Below, in pieces: positions 1 through 12,016 of a DNA stretch of 64,000 bases; positions within the stretch are counted from its first letter, which is position 1; every line of letters begins with the position of its first letter. Under the pieces are notes generated by a model. The model was not told the DNA's origin and searched no databases. It saw only the letters and a program-made list of their open reading frames with translations. This DNA comes from Azolla caroliniana. Its lineage: Eukaryota > Plantae > Polypodiophyta. The DNA is taken from positions 2,294,001 to 2,358,000 of the forward strand of contig JBHGNT010000015.1 of NCBI GenBank assembly GCA_043228905.1, given 5' to 3'. The translations under genes and the position numbers were made by a program.

Positions 1-372
1 AACGACACATAGCTCGGTGATAGGGTATATGCCGACAGAGCTTATGTATGGACAGAAGCCAATTATGCCCATCGAAAGGACGATCGCCTCATGGGTAGCG
101 ATACCGTGGGAGAACGAGATGAGTCAAGAAGAGTTATTAGCGGCGCGGATAAGGCAACTTGAAAGAAGACCTGAAGATTTAGAAAAAGCGCGAAAGATGA
201 TGAAGGCAGCCCGAGTAAAGAACAAAGTTCGGTTCGACAACACGCATCGACTTCGTCCCAAGAAGATTGAAGAAGGGGATTGGGTTTTGGTTTACGACAG
301 CACCCTTGACAATCAACATAGTACAACAAGGAAGTTCGCAAGAAGATGGTTCGGGCCGTATGTGGTGACAAG

Positions 373-545
373 TGTCGAATACATGTGTATAATGGACGTA
401 TTCACACTATCCCGTTTTGGCCATTTATGTAAATTATCATAAAGGGTAGTTGCCCTAAGTCGGTCACTATATATAGTGACCTTGTAACCTTTTTGTAAGG
501 TTGGGTGTTGTATTATTGCTTTATGGAATAAGAAGTATTTTTGTG

Positions 546-576
<31 letters not shown>

Positions 577-664
577 AACGACCTACAATCTGTCATACGC
601 AGGTACTCAACAGCAATCGAATGCTTCTTGATCTTCCGCATCGACACGACCTCTGTCTACAACA
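373..664 (+). repeat. Copia 5' LTR
   Basis: TGTCGAAT...CTACAACA; direct repeat of 5536-5827. Confidence 0.97.
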
Positions 665-666
665 TC

Positions 667-678
667 TGGTATCAGAGC
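667..678 (+). promoter_or_regulatory. Primer binding site, tRNA-iMet
   Basis: TGGTATCAGAGC, 2 nt after the LTR. Confidence 0.95.
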
Positions 679-1328
679 CTGCACAGTAGTTGGTCCTTCA
701 ATCCGCTGTCGGCCGTCGTCTCAGCATTCGGTTTCCTGCGTCATTCGAAGAAGAGAGAAGAAGAAGAAAAACGAGGCTTGCATCTCTTCGCGTTAGATCC
801 TCTTCGCTTGGGGTAAGCCAGCCGGTTGTACTCCGTTCCCTGTGATCGCAACGCTCGAGGTGAAATCCCCTTGTGCAACATTGACACGATCGTGCTCCAC
901 TCGGTTAAACGGCATCCGAAGAGGTCAACAAACGCCGCTCGTTGTAACCACTCGGTGCAGATCGGTCTCAAGACAACAACCCCAATTCGCGCTTCATCCG
1001 GTTGATCGACATTCGGGAGGATCAGTTGGATTTGTCTCTCTCGTCGCTGCAGCCACCCGAAGCAGAATCGGTCCAGATAATCGGTTTCAATAATCGGTAT
1101 TCGGCATATATATCCGAAGCGAACCGGGCTCACTCCGACTCGGCAACATTCGGGAAGACCAGTCGGTTCTGTCCCTCAAGTTACCGGAGTCAATTCGAGC
1201 AAGTTCCGAAGCCGAACCGACTCGGGTTCAAATCCGACTAGAACGATATCGGGTGAGCCAACCGGCTGCACTCCAACAAGGTTCGTAGTCAACTCCGAAC
1301 CGAGCTTCGTCAACCGAAACCGAATTTG

Positions 1329-4300
1329 ATGGCATCAACATCCGGCTCGTCAGAAATGAGTCTACGAAAGTTCGATGGATCGAACTTCAACTTCTGGAAG
1401 GAGCAAATGCAGGACTATCTCATAGTCAAGGGGCAAATCGATCCCATCGAAAATGAAGAACCTCCAGAAGGATACAAACCAATTGAGTGGCAGAAGCTGG
1501 ACAGAATCGTCCGCGCCACGATTCGGATGCACCTATCGGAATCGGTATACTTTACGGTGCAATCGTGTACGACAACATTCGAACTGTGGAAAACACTGTC
1601 GGACACTTACGAAAAGAAGGTCGCCGCAACGAAGATGTTTCTGATCCGGCGCCTCTACAACTTGCGGATGAAAGAATCCGATTCGGTTCAAGCACACCTC
1701 AATGAGTACGAAAGCATAAGCTCCCAAATCTCGTCACAGGGGACGACAATCGAGGATGAACTCAGAGCAATGATACTCATGAGCAGCCTTCCCTCATCAT
1801 GGGAAACTTTCGTCACAACCGTGTGCAACGCGTCAACCACGGCTGTTAAATACTCCGAAGTCACGAGCGCAATCCTGACCGAAGCAGCTCGGAGAAAGTC
1901 TTTCGCCAAAGACTCAACAGACGACGCTTATGTAGTACAAGGTTCGACAGACCGATCGAACATACGAGGAAGAGATTCCTCACGGCCGCCGAACAATCAG
2001 CGAAGACGGAGCCAGTCACGGGATAACCGAATCTGCAACTATTGCAAGAAACCCGGACACATCAAAGCCGACTGCCGCGCACTCAAGAACAAGAACAACA
2101 AGAAGAGTGGCCGGCATGAGGAGATCAATTACGTCAGCTTCTCAGCTGATGTGCTACCAGACGACCCGAATATACTATCAATCGAAAATCCAGTCGGATC
2201 AGAAGTTCTGCTCACGACTGAAGAATCGAGCACATGGCTCTTAGATTCGGGCGCGTCATTTCACGTGACTCCTCATCGATCCCAATTTCGGCAATATACG
2301 ATCCGTCACTCCGACTCAGTTCGGGTCGGCAACTCGCAACACTGTGACATCATTGGAATCGGCACAGTAGAGCTCAACCTTGCAGGTGGCTCTACACTTG
2401 TACTCCACAATGTCCGACATGTACCCGAGCTCTCAAGGCCATTGATCTTAGTCGGACAACTAGATGAAGACGGCATTCGTGCCGGTTTTTCTTCGGGAGG
2501 GTGGACACTCCACAGGGGGAACCTCCTGCTTGCTAGAGGACCCAAGATACACTCACTGTATCCGTTACATGTTACGCTCAGAGAGGGTAACCTGTTTTTG
2601 GTGGATATTCCTGTGTCATCACTATGGCACAGAAGATTAGGACACCTCAGCAAGGCCGGCATCACGCACCTATCTAGAGCCGGATACATCCCTAAACTCT
2701 CCTTCTCCGACCATCAATTCTGCGAGCATTGCCAGTATGGCAAACAAGCAGCCGCATCACACCCGACATCAGCACCAAGAGAAACGAGACCTCTCGATTT
2801 GGTCCACTCGGACGTCTGTGGCCCAATGCCGCATCAGTCTCTTGGCGGTGCCTCTTACTTCATCAGTTTTATTGACGATTCGACTCGAAAGGTGTGGGCT
2901 TATCCAATTCGCACCAAAGATCGTGTCTTCTCGATCTTCACCGATTGGCTCGCTATGGTGGAAAATCAAACCGACCGAAAGCTGAAATGCTTTCGGACAG
3001 ACAATGGGGGAGAGTTTAAATCCGAAGAATTCGTCAAATTCTGCCGACAACGCGGCATCCAACGTGAACTTACGGCACCACACAGTCCGGAGCAAAACGG
3101 GACTGCCGAACGCATGAATCGGACAATCCAAGAACGGACAGTTTCCATGCTCCAACACTCCGGACTGTCGGATGGCTTCTGGGCAGAGGCTCTACTCACA
3201 GCAGTACACATAATCAATATGTCGCCAAGTAGACCTCTAGGACTTCAAATTCCTCAGGAACTATGGATCGGCAGTAAGCCGAATTACGACAAGCTGAGGA
3301 TCTTCGGATGCGAGGCGTACGCCCTCATTCCGAAAGATGATCACCGAAAACTTGCACCTCGGTCCAGGAAATGCATTTTCCTCGGATATGGATCCGACGG
3401 CGAAATGGGATACCGACTCTGGGACCCCGAACGCAGACAAATCGTTCGAAGTTCGGACGTTGTGTTCAACGAGTCGGCTATGAATCCATCAGTCGAAAAA
3501 CCGATCGAAGTCCGAAGGGTAACATTTTCCGATGTGCCGACCCTTCAAGAAGGCCCCGCTCTCAACACACGGTCAGCTTCACGGGTAGCTGAACCTTACA
3601 CTACCGACTCGGACAACCCCGACTCGGCACAACAGAACAATCCGCTTTCGGACCATCCGACCTCGATACCCGATGCGACCAGTCCAATCATACCTCGATG
3701 ATCCGAGAGACTGTCGCAACCTCCGGAGAGGTACTCTCCTGGAATTTTCTTCACCGACGCCGGCGAACCGACGTCTTACGAAGAAGCATCGACATCTGTC
3801 GATTCCGCCACCTGGCATCTGGCGATGGAGTCGGAAATGCACTCCATTCGGGCAAACAAGACTTGGGATCTGGTCGAATTACCTAGGAACCGACGTGCTC
3901 TTCCTTGCAAGTGGGTTTATCGACTAAAAGAGACGTCTGATTCGACCACCCCAAAGTACAAGGCCAGATTAGTTGCGAAGGGCTTCCGACAAGAATATGG
4001 CGTCGACTTCGACGAGATTTTTTCACCAGTGGTGAAAATGACAACCCTTCGTTTTCTACTCGGCGTAGTGGCAGCCGACAACCTGGAGCTGATTCAGCTA
4101 GATGTCAAAACAGCATTCCTCCATGGTGATCTTGAAGAGGAAATTTATATGGAGCAGCCAAAAGGCTTCGTTGCTACTGGCCAAGAACATCTAGTCTGCC
4201 GACTCAGGAAGAGTCTATACGGCCTCAAACAGGCACCACGACAATGGTACAAGAAGTTCGACGACTTCATCCAATCGATCGGCTTCTCAAAAAGCGATGA

Positions 4301-5342
4301 GGACCATTGTCTCTTCACCAACACAGCTCAAGATGGATCACCCATCTTCCTCATCATTTACGTGGACGACATGCTAATTTCTGGACGCCACGCGGGCGAA
4401 CTTGCCGATCTCGTTCGGCAACTGCGGTTGAAGTTTGCCATGAAGGACCTCGGTCCGGCACGACACATCCTTGGCATGAAAATTAGTCGGCATCGCGATA
4501 AACGACATCTTTTTTTGTCTCAGACCGACTATATCGGACGTGTCTTGGAACGCTTCAACATGCAATCAGCCAAATCTGCTTCAACCCCGCTCCCCATGAA
4601 TCTTCGGCTCTCTCAGTGAGACTGCCCGACATCCGGTCCGGAGGGGGAAGATATGAAGTCGGTACCGTATGCACCGGCAGTCGGCTCCCTTATGTACCTG
4701 ATGGTCGCGACACGGCCTGATATTTCTCACGCCGTAGGAGTCGTTAGCAGATTTATGCACAATCCTGGCCGATCGCATTGGAACGCAGTCAAGCATGTGT
4801 TCAGATATCTGGCTGGCACAAAAGACCACGGCATTCTCTTCGGTCCGAACCGAACCTCAGGCGTAGTCGGTTACACCGACTCGGACTTCGCCGGCTGTAT
4901 AGACAGTCGGAAATCTACAACCGGATACTGCTTCAAATTCGGCAATGGAGCAATCTCGTGGAAGTCGAAACTTCAGGAGTGCACATCGACCTCAACGACC
5001 GAAGCAGAATATGTAGCTGCGTCCGACGCAACAAAAGAAGCTTTGTGGCTCAATCGGCTGGCGCACACGTTTCGACAAGTCGACCATGACTCGGCTCCAG
5101 TTGTCTACAGCGACAGTCAAGGTGCTGTTGCCTTGTCGAGAAATCCGGTTCACCACAACGCCTCCAAACATATCGACGTTCGATATCACCTCGTTCGGGA
5201 CTGCGTCATTTCAGGGAAAATCGGTCTAGAGAAAATATCCACAACCGACAATGTCGCAGATGGAATGACCAAATGTCTTTCGGCAGACTGTTTTCGGTCT
5301 CTTCGGCATCAGATGGGCGTAATGACAAACCAGTCCGGTTAG
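1329..5342 (+). pseudogene. Copia gag-pol polyprotein with two in-frame TGA stops (3699-3701, 4617-4619)
   Basis: Zinc knuckle CNYCKKPGHIKADC, protease WLLDSGAS, LWHRRLGH, integrase VHSDVCGP/RTDNGGEF/AERMNRT, RT YVDD, RNase H YTDSDFAG; ORFs 1326, 3825 and 4653 share one frame. Confidence 0.95.
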
Positions 5343-5535
5343 AGCCGGACACAGAGCAGGATGGTTCCCGACAACCGACATCAGTTCCTTAATGATCGGC
5401 TTCAACTGTTCCGACCCGACCAGTTCGGTCTTCTGCCTTCGGACCCTGCCGACTCGAACAAAGCTGATATGTCCGAGAACCTAAGTCTATACCTGTAATC
5501 TTAGATAACCCATGTATACGCCCATTACGGGGGAG

Positions 5536-5708
5536 TGTCGAATACATGTGTATAATGGACGTATTCACACTATCCCGTTTTGGCCATTTATGTAAATTAT
5601 CATAAAGGGTAGTTGCCCTAAGTCGGTCACTATATATAGTGACCTTGTAACCTTTTTGTAAGGTTGGGTGTTGTATTATTGCTTTATGGAATAAGAAGTA
5701 TTTTTGTG

Positions 5709-5739
<31 letters not shown>

Positions 5740-5827
5740 AACGACCTACAATCTGTCATACGCAGGTACTCAACAGCAATCGAATGCTTCTTGATCTTCC
5801 GCATCGACACGACCTCTGTCTACAACA
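5536..5827 (+). repeat. Copia 3' LTR, preceded by PPT GGGGGAG (5529-5535)
   Basis: Appears identical to 373-664. Confidence 0.97.
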
Positions 5828-6085
5828 ACAAGTGCCAACGATAATGCCACATACCACCTTGCGGAACTAGACGGATCAAGGTTGGCCGTACCCATTGCGG
5901 GAAAAAGAGTAAAGCTTTTCAAGAAAAGACAAGACAAGGATCCTGACCTCGATTACCTCGACGATGAACATAATAGGCCATATGAAAATGAAGACATGGA
6001 GGAATCTAATTGATCATCGTAGCCGAAATCTCACTTCTTCTCTTCTTGGCACGTACCGGAGGACGTGCGGTTTGGTGGGGGTGGA

Positions 6086-7106
6086 TGTCGTGAAGATTTT
6101 CGGCAATAGTGTGAAAATCCCATAAAACGTACAAAATCGAGTATGAATCATGTAATACAATAATTGTGAAGATAACATTTTTAATATCTAAGTACAAAAT
6201 GATGGAGGTTTCGAATGCACTTTATTACACGAGAAATGGACAACTAAATGTCAAGATATGAGGGTATAAAGTTTGTGAAAAGAAAAGAGAAAATTGTGAG
6301 ATATCCCACATAGGCACGACAAATACGGCTCTCATCATATATAAGCTGGAGCAAAAGATATTATCTTTGTGTCTATGTGTGGAGCATAGAGAGTTCAAGG
6401 TAACTTGAACTTAGAGTGGAGGTGGCTAGCTACTCGAAAAGGGTTTTGGCCAACCAAAACCGGACCGGCGATGGAGCCGGTGATCCGACGGCATCCGACC
6501 GGTATCCGGCGGCGGCATGCGGCACCGGTATCCGGCGTCGGCGTCGGTATCCGGCGTCGGCATCCGGCGACGGTATCCGGCGAACCGGCGACTAGATAAA
6601 ATAAATATATAAAAGTATATACATATTTACATATACAAGGAGGGCAAGTATGGGTTCGAACCTTGCACCTCCAAGTTAGGAGTCAAATGGCTTACCATTA
6701 AGCCATAGTATTTAGTTAAAATTATATTTCTATCATTGTACTTTTACATGTAAATTCTCATCCATGAGTGCTAAAATGAGTGACATGGTTAGCATGCACC
6801 ACATGTAATACTTAAGCGCCAAATGGCAAACATGCAATTTATGCATGTCTTGTACCCTCACATGCATCATATGCATGAGAGCATCTATAAAAGAGGGAAG
6901 GGGGAGGAGAAAAACACGGTTTTTTTTTATGAAAATTAAGAACAAGAAATTCGTTATCAAATCAATTGTGTAATCTCATCTTCTCTCTTTCCCAATCTAT
7001 CTTAAGTGCTTTCTCGCCAAAGCTTGTATCGACTCTAAATCCTTCTGGTCCAGAACCCCGGCGGTTCCGCCTCACGATCCGCGCGTAGTGACGGATCTTC
7101 ACGACA
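6086..7106 (+). repeat. 3' LTR of a tRNA-Trp Gypsy
   Basis: Follows PPT-like GGTGGGGGTGGA; 12-bp inverted ends TGTCGTGAAGAT/ATCTTCACGACA; internal CCGG-rich tract at about 6460-6590. Confidence 0.9.
6645..6708 (-). promoter_or_regulatory. tRNA-like Pol III A-box/B-box cassette inside the LTR
   Basis: Minus strand reads TGGCTTAATGG, 32 nt, GGTTCGAACCC; homologues in other LTR copies. Confidence 0.6.
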
Positions 7107-7594
7107 ACCCTTCACACATTATACTACACATGTTGCACCTAACTACAAAACCATATTCTTTGCGAAACGGGGAAATCGTACACATCCATACATGTTAGAG
7201 CCCATACCGTTATCTACCATTCGAACCATTGCTTCCATGCGACTTAGCTCACATGCATTGCGATGTGAAACAGGGCGTTGGGGTACAAGTGATGAGAGTG
7301 GTCGACTATGCACACTTTGCCCTAAACAAGTTCGCGAGTCTGAGTATCACACTTTGATACAATGCTCTGCCTTTCATCATATTTGACCATGCTTTCCACA
7401 TCTCTTTGATCGAGCCCAATCTTTGCATGAATTCCTCTCACAACCACAATGTGCACTCTTAATTGCAACATTCATTGGTAAAGTTCTTGAACATCGAGAG
7501 TCACTACTCACTTTCACACGTATCACGTGAAATGTAATATTTTTGGTCTCATAGGTCATATTTGACCTCCGAAGATGATAATATAATCTATCTA

Positions 7595-7632
<38 letters not shown>
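7107..7632 (+). mobile_element. Non-LTR retrotransposon (LINE) 3' fragment ending in a (TC)n tract
   Basis: RLSSHALRCETGRW...CTLC...ESEYHTLIQC C-terminal zinc-finger motif typical of RTEX/L2-like ORF2; second copy at 25317-25848. Confidence 0.75.
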
Positions 7633-7636
<4 letters not shown>

Positions 7637-8727
7637 CTTCTGCTAAGCTTTGTACAACAGTTACACCAATAACTCTATATAGAATAATGACTACACAATG
7701 ATACACACGCTCAAGAGTTTGCCCTAGGTCATATTTATACTAATATGACTTTCGGGCTATTTACAAATATAGCCCCAGTGGGCACTCTGGAACATATTTA
7801 CATATATGTCCCTTCATCCGGTGAGAGGTTCTCACCGGGCCTACATCATCCGGTTCTCACTGTTAGGAAACAAGTCCCTCCGGATGGGAAGTGAGAAGAA
7901 CAGTGTTGATGAGCAAACCGGATGTAGAGTGCCCGGCTACGGAAGACCCGGTGAGAACTGAATGAAGAGTACACGGCTACGGAAGACCCGGTGAGAACCG
8001 GATGAAGAGTACCCGACAACGGAAGACCCAGTGAGAACCGAATGTGGAGTACCCGGCTACGGAAGACCCGGTGAGAACCGGATGTGGAGTACCCGGCTAC
8101 GAAAGACCCGGTGAGAACTAGATGAGGAGTACCTGGCAAGCGCCGGATGATGCAGGCCCAATGAGGAGTGCTCACCGGATGAAGGGACATATTCGTAAAT
8201 ATGTTTCTGAGAGTCCATCGTGGCTATATTTGTAAATAGCCGAAAAGTCATTTTAGTATAAATATGACTTAGGGCAAACTTAATAGAAGTTGTTGTCATT
8301 CTTGTTGGTCCAAGATTAGAGCGTAATAGTGTATAGAGAGAGAGAGAGAGAAAGAGACAGAGTTCGTATCTCTGTTGTAACCGCCGCTTGTGGCGAAGAC
8401 AGTGAACAAGAGGTTGTTGCCTCTGTGTTCATCTATTGTATATTGTTACATAGTGATAGTTAGCAGTCAGTGGACTGCCGTGGTTTTTCCCGTGTTTGGG
8501 TTTTCCACATAAACATCCTATGTACTCCTCTCTACATTGTGTCGTGCGTTCACTATCTGTTTTCTGTGTTTTATCCTAGGCTTGGTTGTGGCCGAGCGTT
8601 GTTCATCGGAGTGTGAAGTTCCTATCACTCACTGGGTCTTCCTTGCCGGGTACTCATCATCCGGTTCTCACCAGGTCTTCTGTTGCCGAGTACTCATATC
8701 CCATCCGGAGGGACCAAGATCCTAACA
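7601..8727 (-). repeat. Copia 3' LTR (partial), interrupted by a solo LTR
   Basis: Ends ...CCTAACA at 8727 next to the reverse-complement PPT AACTCCCCCTTCA; shares LTR motifs with 7861-8627. Confidence 0.75.
7861..8627 (+). mobile_element. Copia solo LTR with 40-bp tandem repeats
   Basis: TGTTAGG...CCTATCA; TSD CTCAC at 7856-7860 and 8628-8632; repeat units start at 7941, 7981, 8021, 8061 and 8101. Confidence 0.9.
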
Positions 8728-11700
8728 AACTCCCCCTTCACTCCGGCATGGGATTCCTCATCAATCCGATCCTCTTCCTACATGCATCCAGCTTGTCTGG
8801 TGTCAGCACTTTGGTCAGCATATCCGACCCGTTCTCCTCTGTGGATCTTCGTCAGTACGAACTCTCGATCTTCCACTTCCTCCTGAATCCAATGGTACCT
8901 CCGCTGGATGTGCTTCGTCTTGGAATGATACGCCGCGTTCTTCGCAAGGTGGATGGCACTTTGACTGTCACAATAGAGCCGGTATTCCTCCAGTCGGATC
9001 CCTAACTCTTCGATGAATTCCTTCATCCATAGTATTTCCTTGCCGGCTTCCACAGCTGCCATGTACTCTACCTCTGTGGTTGACAACGCAACCATCTTCT
9101 ATAGCCTCAACTGCCATGAAACAGCTCCCCCTGCATATGTCATAACATATCCCGATGTTGACGGCTGGTATCCGCATCAGCCGACATATCTGAATTGGTG
9201 AAACCGTCAAGTTGGGGTTTACCGGAGCCTAATTGGAGGCACATACTTGAGGTGCCTTTCAAGTACTGGAGTATCCATTTTACCGCATTCTAGTGCTCCT
9301 TGTCGGGATTGCTCATAAACCGGCTCACCACTCCGACTATGTATCCGATATCTAGTCGGGTACACACCATTGCGTACATTAAGCTCCCGACGGCAGAGGC
9401 ATATGGTATCTTCATCACTTCCGCCTTCTTTGCCTTCGTCTTCGGGCTTTGCTTACCGGATAACCTGCAGTTTGTCGGGAGTGTCAATCCGACCGGTTTC
9501 ACATATGACATGTTGAACCGCTGAAGCACCTTTGTCACGTACTTCTCCTGTGACAGCCACGATTGCTTCTTTGACCAGTCCCAGATGATATGCATCCCCA
9601 GTATCTGTCTTGCCAGACCCAAGTCTTTCATTGAGAAGGTCTGGTTCAGAGCCTTCTTCAGCGTCTGTATCTTGACTTGGTCTCGTCCGACGATCAACAT
9701 GTCGTCCACGTACAGGAGGAGTATCAGGAAGTCTCCACCTTCAAACTTCTTCACAAATACACAGTGATCGGCCTGCATCTTGTGGTACCCTTGATCGGTC
9801 ATGAAGCAGTCGAACTTCCGGTACCATTGCCGGGGAGCCTGTTTCAAACCGTAGAGGCTCTTCTTCAACCCGCAAACTAGGTGCTCCTTCCCTTTCTTCA
9901 TAAATCCCTCCGGTTGTTGCATGTAGATCTCCTCTTCGAGGTCGCCGTGGAGGAATGTCGTCTTCAAGTGTAACTACTCTACCTCGAGGACCATGCTTGC
10001 CGCTATGCTCAAGGCCGTCCGAATGGAAGTCATCTTTACTACCGGGGCAAATATCTCGTCGAAGTCCACGCCCTTCTTCCGATGGAACCCCTTCACCACG
10101 ATCCTGGCTTTGTATCTTGGGGGGTTGCCGACATCTCCCGGTTTCAGCTTGTACACCCACTTGTTTCGGAGTGCCCTCTTTCCTTTCAGCAACTCCACCA
10201 ATTCGTACGTGTGGTTCTCATGCAGGAAATCCATCTCGTCCTGCATGGCACTCAACCACTTGCGGCTATGGGTGTCATCCTTCACATGCTCTGCATCCGG
10301 AAATCTCTGGGGCGCTCTTATTTCCCGGAGAGGATATCTCCATCTTTGGTTTTTGGCAACCGGCTCCTCTATTTGTTCTTCATCCGAATCCGATTCGGGG
10401 TCTTGGCCGATTCCAATTTCAGCTTCCTCTTCTTCTTCTTTTGCCAGTTCGGTATCCTCACCGTAACCGGCCGGTTCTTCGAGTGTTAACTGGCTCTTTG
10501 CCGGTTGGGTTTGCATCTCATCGAATCGGTCCTTTCCGGTTGACTCGGAGTTCATTATCTTCTTCTCCAACTCCTAGTCGGCAAGGGTCTTGTCCTCCAT
10601 GAAGAGAATATCTCGACTCCGGAACACCTTCTTGTCGACGGGGTCCCACACTCGATGGCCGAACTAATCATCGCCATATCCGAGGAATATGCAAGACCGG
10701 GACTTTGGATCCAACTTTGCTCTCCGGTCCTTTGCCACATGCATGTAAGCGAGACACGCGAACACCTTCAGATGCCAGTAAGACACTTCCTTACTAGTCC
10801 ACACTCTCTGTGGCGTGTCTCTGTCCAAGGGTACTGAGGGTAACCTATTTATCACATATGTCGCTATCGACAGCGCCTCAGCCCAAAACTTCTTGGGTAA
10901 CTTTGCATGTGCTAGCATACTTCGGACCCTCTCCATTATGGTTCATTCATCCTCTCGGCTAGCCCGTTTAGTTCCGATGTCTTCGGCATGGTAAATTCGA
11001 GCCGAATTCCCTTCGAGCGGTAGTACTCCTCGAACTAGCCCCGGTATTCTCCTCCGTTATCTGCTCGAACCACCTTCAACTTCCGGCAAATTTCTCTTTC
11101 CACTCTTGTGTGGAGCTCCTTGAAGACGATTAACGCCTGATCCTTCGTCTTCAACGATGTCGTGAAGATTTTCAGCGATAGTTCGAAACTTGTAAGGAAC
11201 ATACGAAATCGAGTGTGGTTCTTCTCACAAAATATAAAACAATAATAGTAAAGATTCTATTTTAAATAAGTTTAATATCTTGGTGCAAAAAGATGGAGGT
11301 CTTGAAGAGCTTCTGAATGTACTTTACTACGTAGGAAACAAACATCTAAGTGTCGAGTTATGTGGGTATGAAGTTTGCAAAGAAGAAGAGAAAAATATGT
11401 GATATCCCACATAGACAGGACAAATAAGGATCTCACCATATATAAGGTAGAGCAAAAACTATTATATTTCTGTCTATATGAGGAGCACACATGTTCCAGA
11501 GACTTGGGCAATTGCAGAAAGCCAACGTGAGACCCAAGAGATGGACGGTGGTGATACCCATGTAGGACACTCCATCTAGAGACTTGGGCAGTTGCGTTGA
11601 GAACTAACGTGGGACCCAAGAGATAGATGGTAAGAGTGATGTATGAAAGGGAGGCTATGTATTATTCAAGAATTTAAGAAGAAGAAAAATTCGTTCTCCA

Positions 11701-11953
11701 ATTGATGGTGTATCTTGTTTCTCAAATCTAAAGTTAAAAGTTCAATCTTATCTCTCTCACTCTTTATCTCTCTCTCGCCATATCAATCTCTCTCAACCTA
11801 AAGTCAAGTGTTTAAATCTCATATTAATCTCAATGTATCTTAAAAACCTTTCTCGCTAAAGCTAGTGTAAACTTCGAGTCCTTCCGGTCTAGAACCCCGG
11901 TGGTTCCACCTCGTGATCTGCACATAGTGACGGATCTTCACGACATAATTAAG

Positions 11954-11971
11954 TGGTGAACCCGACGTGAA
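11954..11971 (+). promoter_or_regulatory. PBS complementary to plant tRNA-Trp
   Basis: TGGTGAACCCGACGTGAA is the reverse complement of the tRNA-Trp 3' end TTCACGTCGGGTTCACCA (recalled sequence); also at 29039-29056(-) and 30795-30812. Confidence 0.85.
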
Positions 11972-12016
11972 AGAGGCGGAAGGAAGGATCAAATCGAGGA
12001 TCAATCGATACTTGGA

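Larger units (their letters stand above)
373..5827 (+). mobile_element. Full-length Ty1/Copia LTR retrotransposon (Tnt1/Tork-like by motif), recent insertion
   Basis: 292-bp TG..CA LTRs at 373-664 and 5536-5827; TSD ACAAG at 368-372 and 5828-5832; PBS, PPT and gag-PR-IN-RT-RH order. Confidence 0.97.
1..6012 (+). pseudogene. Ty3/Gypsy (tRNA-Trp family) integrase 3' end, split by a Copia insertion (1-372 and 5833-6012)
   Basis: ORF 17-442 (YGQKPIMPIE...RRWFGPYVVTS) resumes after the Copia as ANDNATYHLAELDGSRLAVPIAGKRVKLF; nearly identical to 17120-17664. Confidence 0.9.

Noticed and set aside
3699-3701. Programmed stop-codon readthrough in Copia pol
   Set aside because: The stop is at a typical RRS Arg position and a second similar stop lies inside RT; CpG decay is simpler
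6645-6708. Functional tRNA gene
   Set aside because: Acceptor and anticodon stems do not pair; recorded only as a tRNA-like cassette
7921-8140. Regular 40-bp repeats resembling a CRISPR array
   Set aside because: No unique spacers; these are U3 tandem repeats in a Copia LTR in eukaryotic DNA
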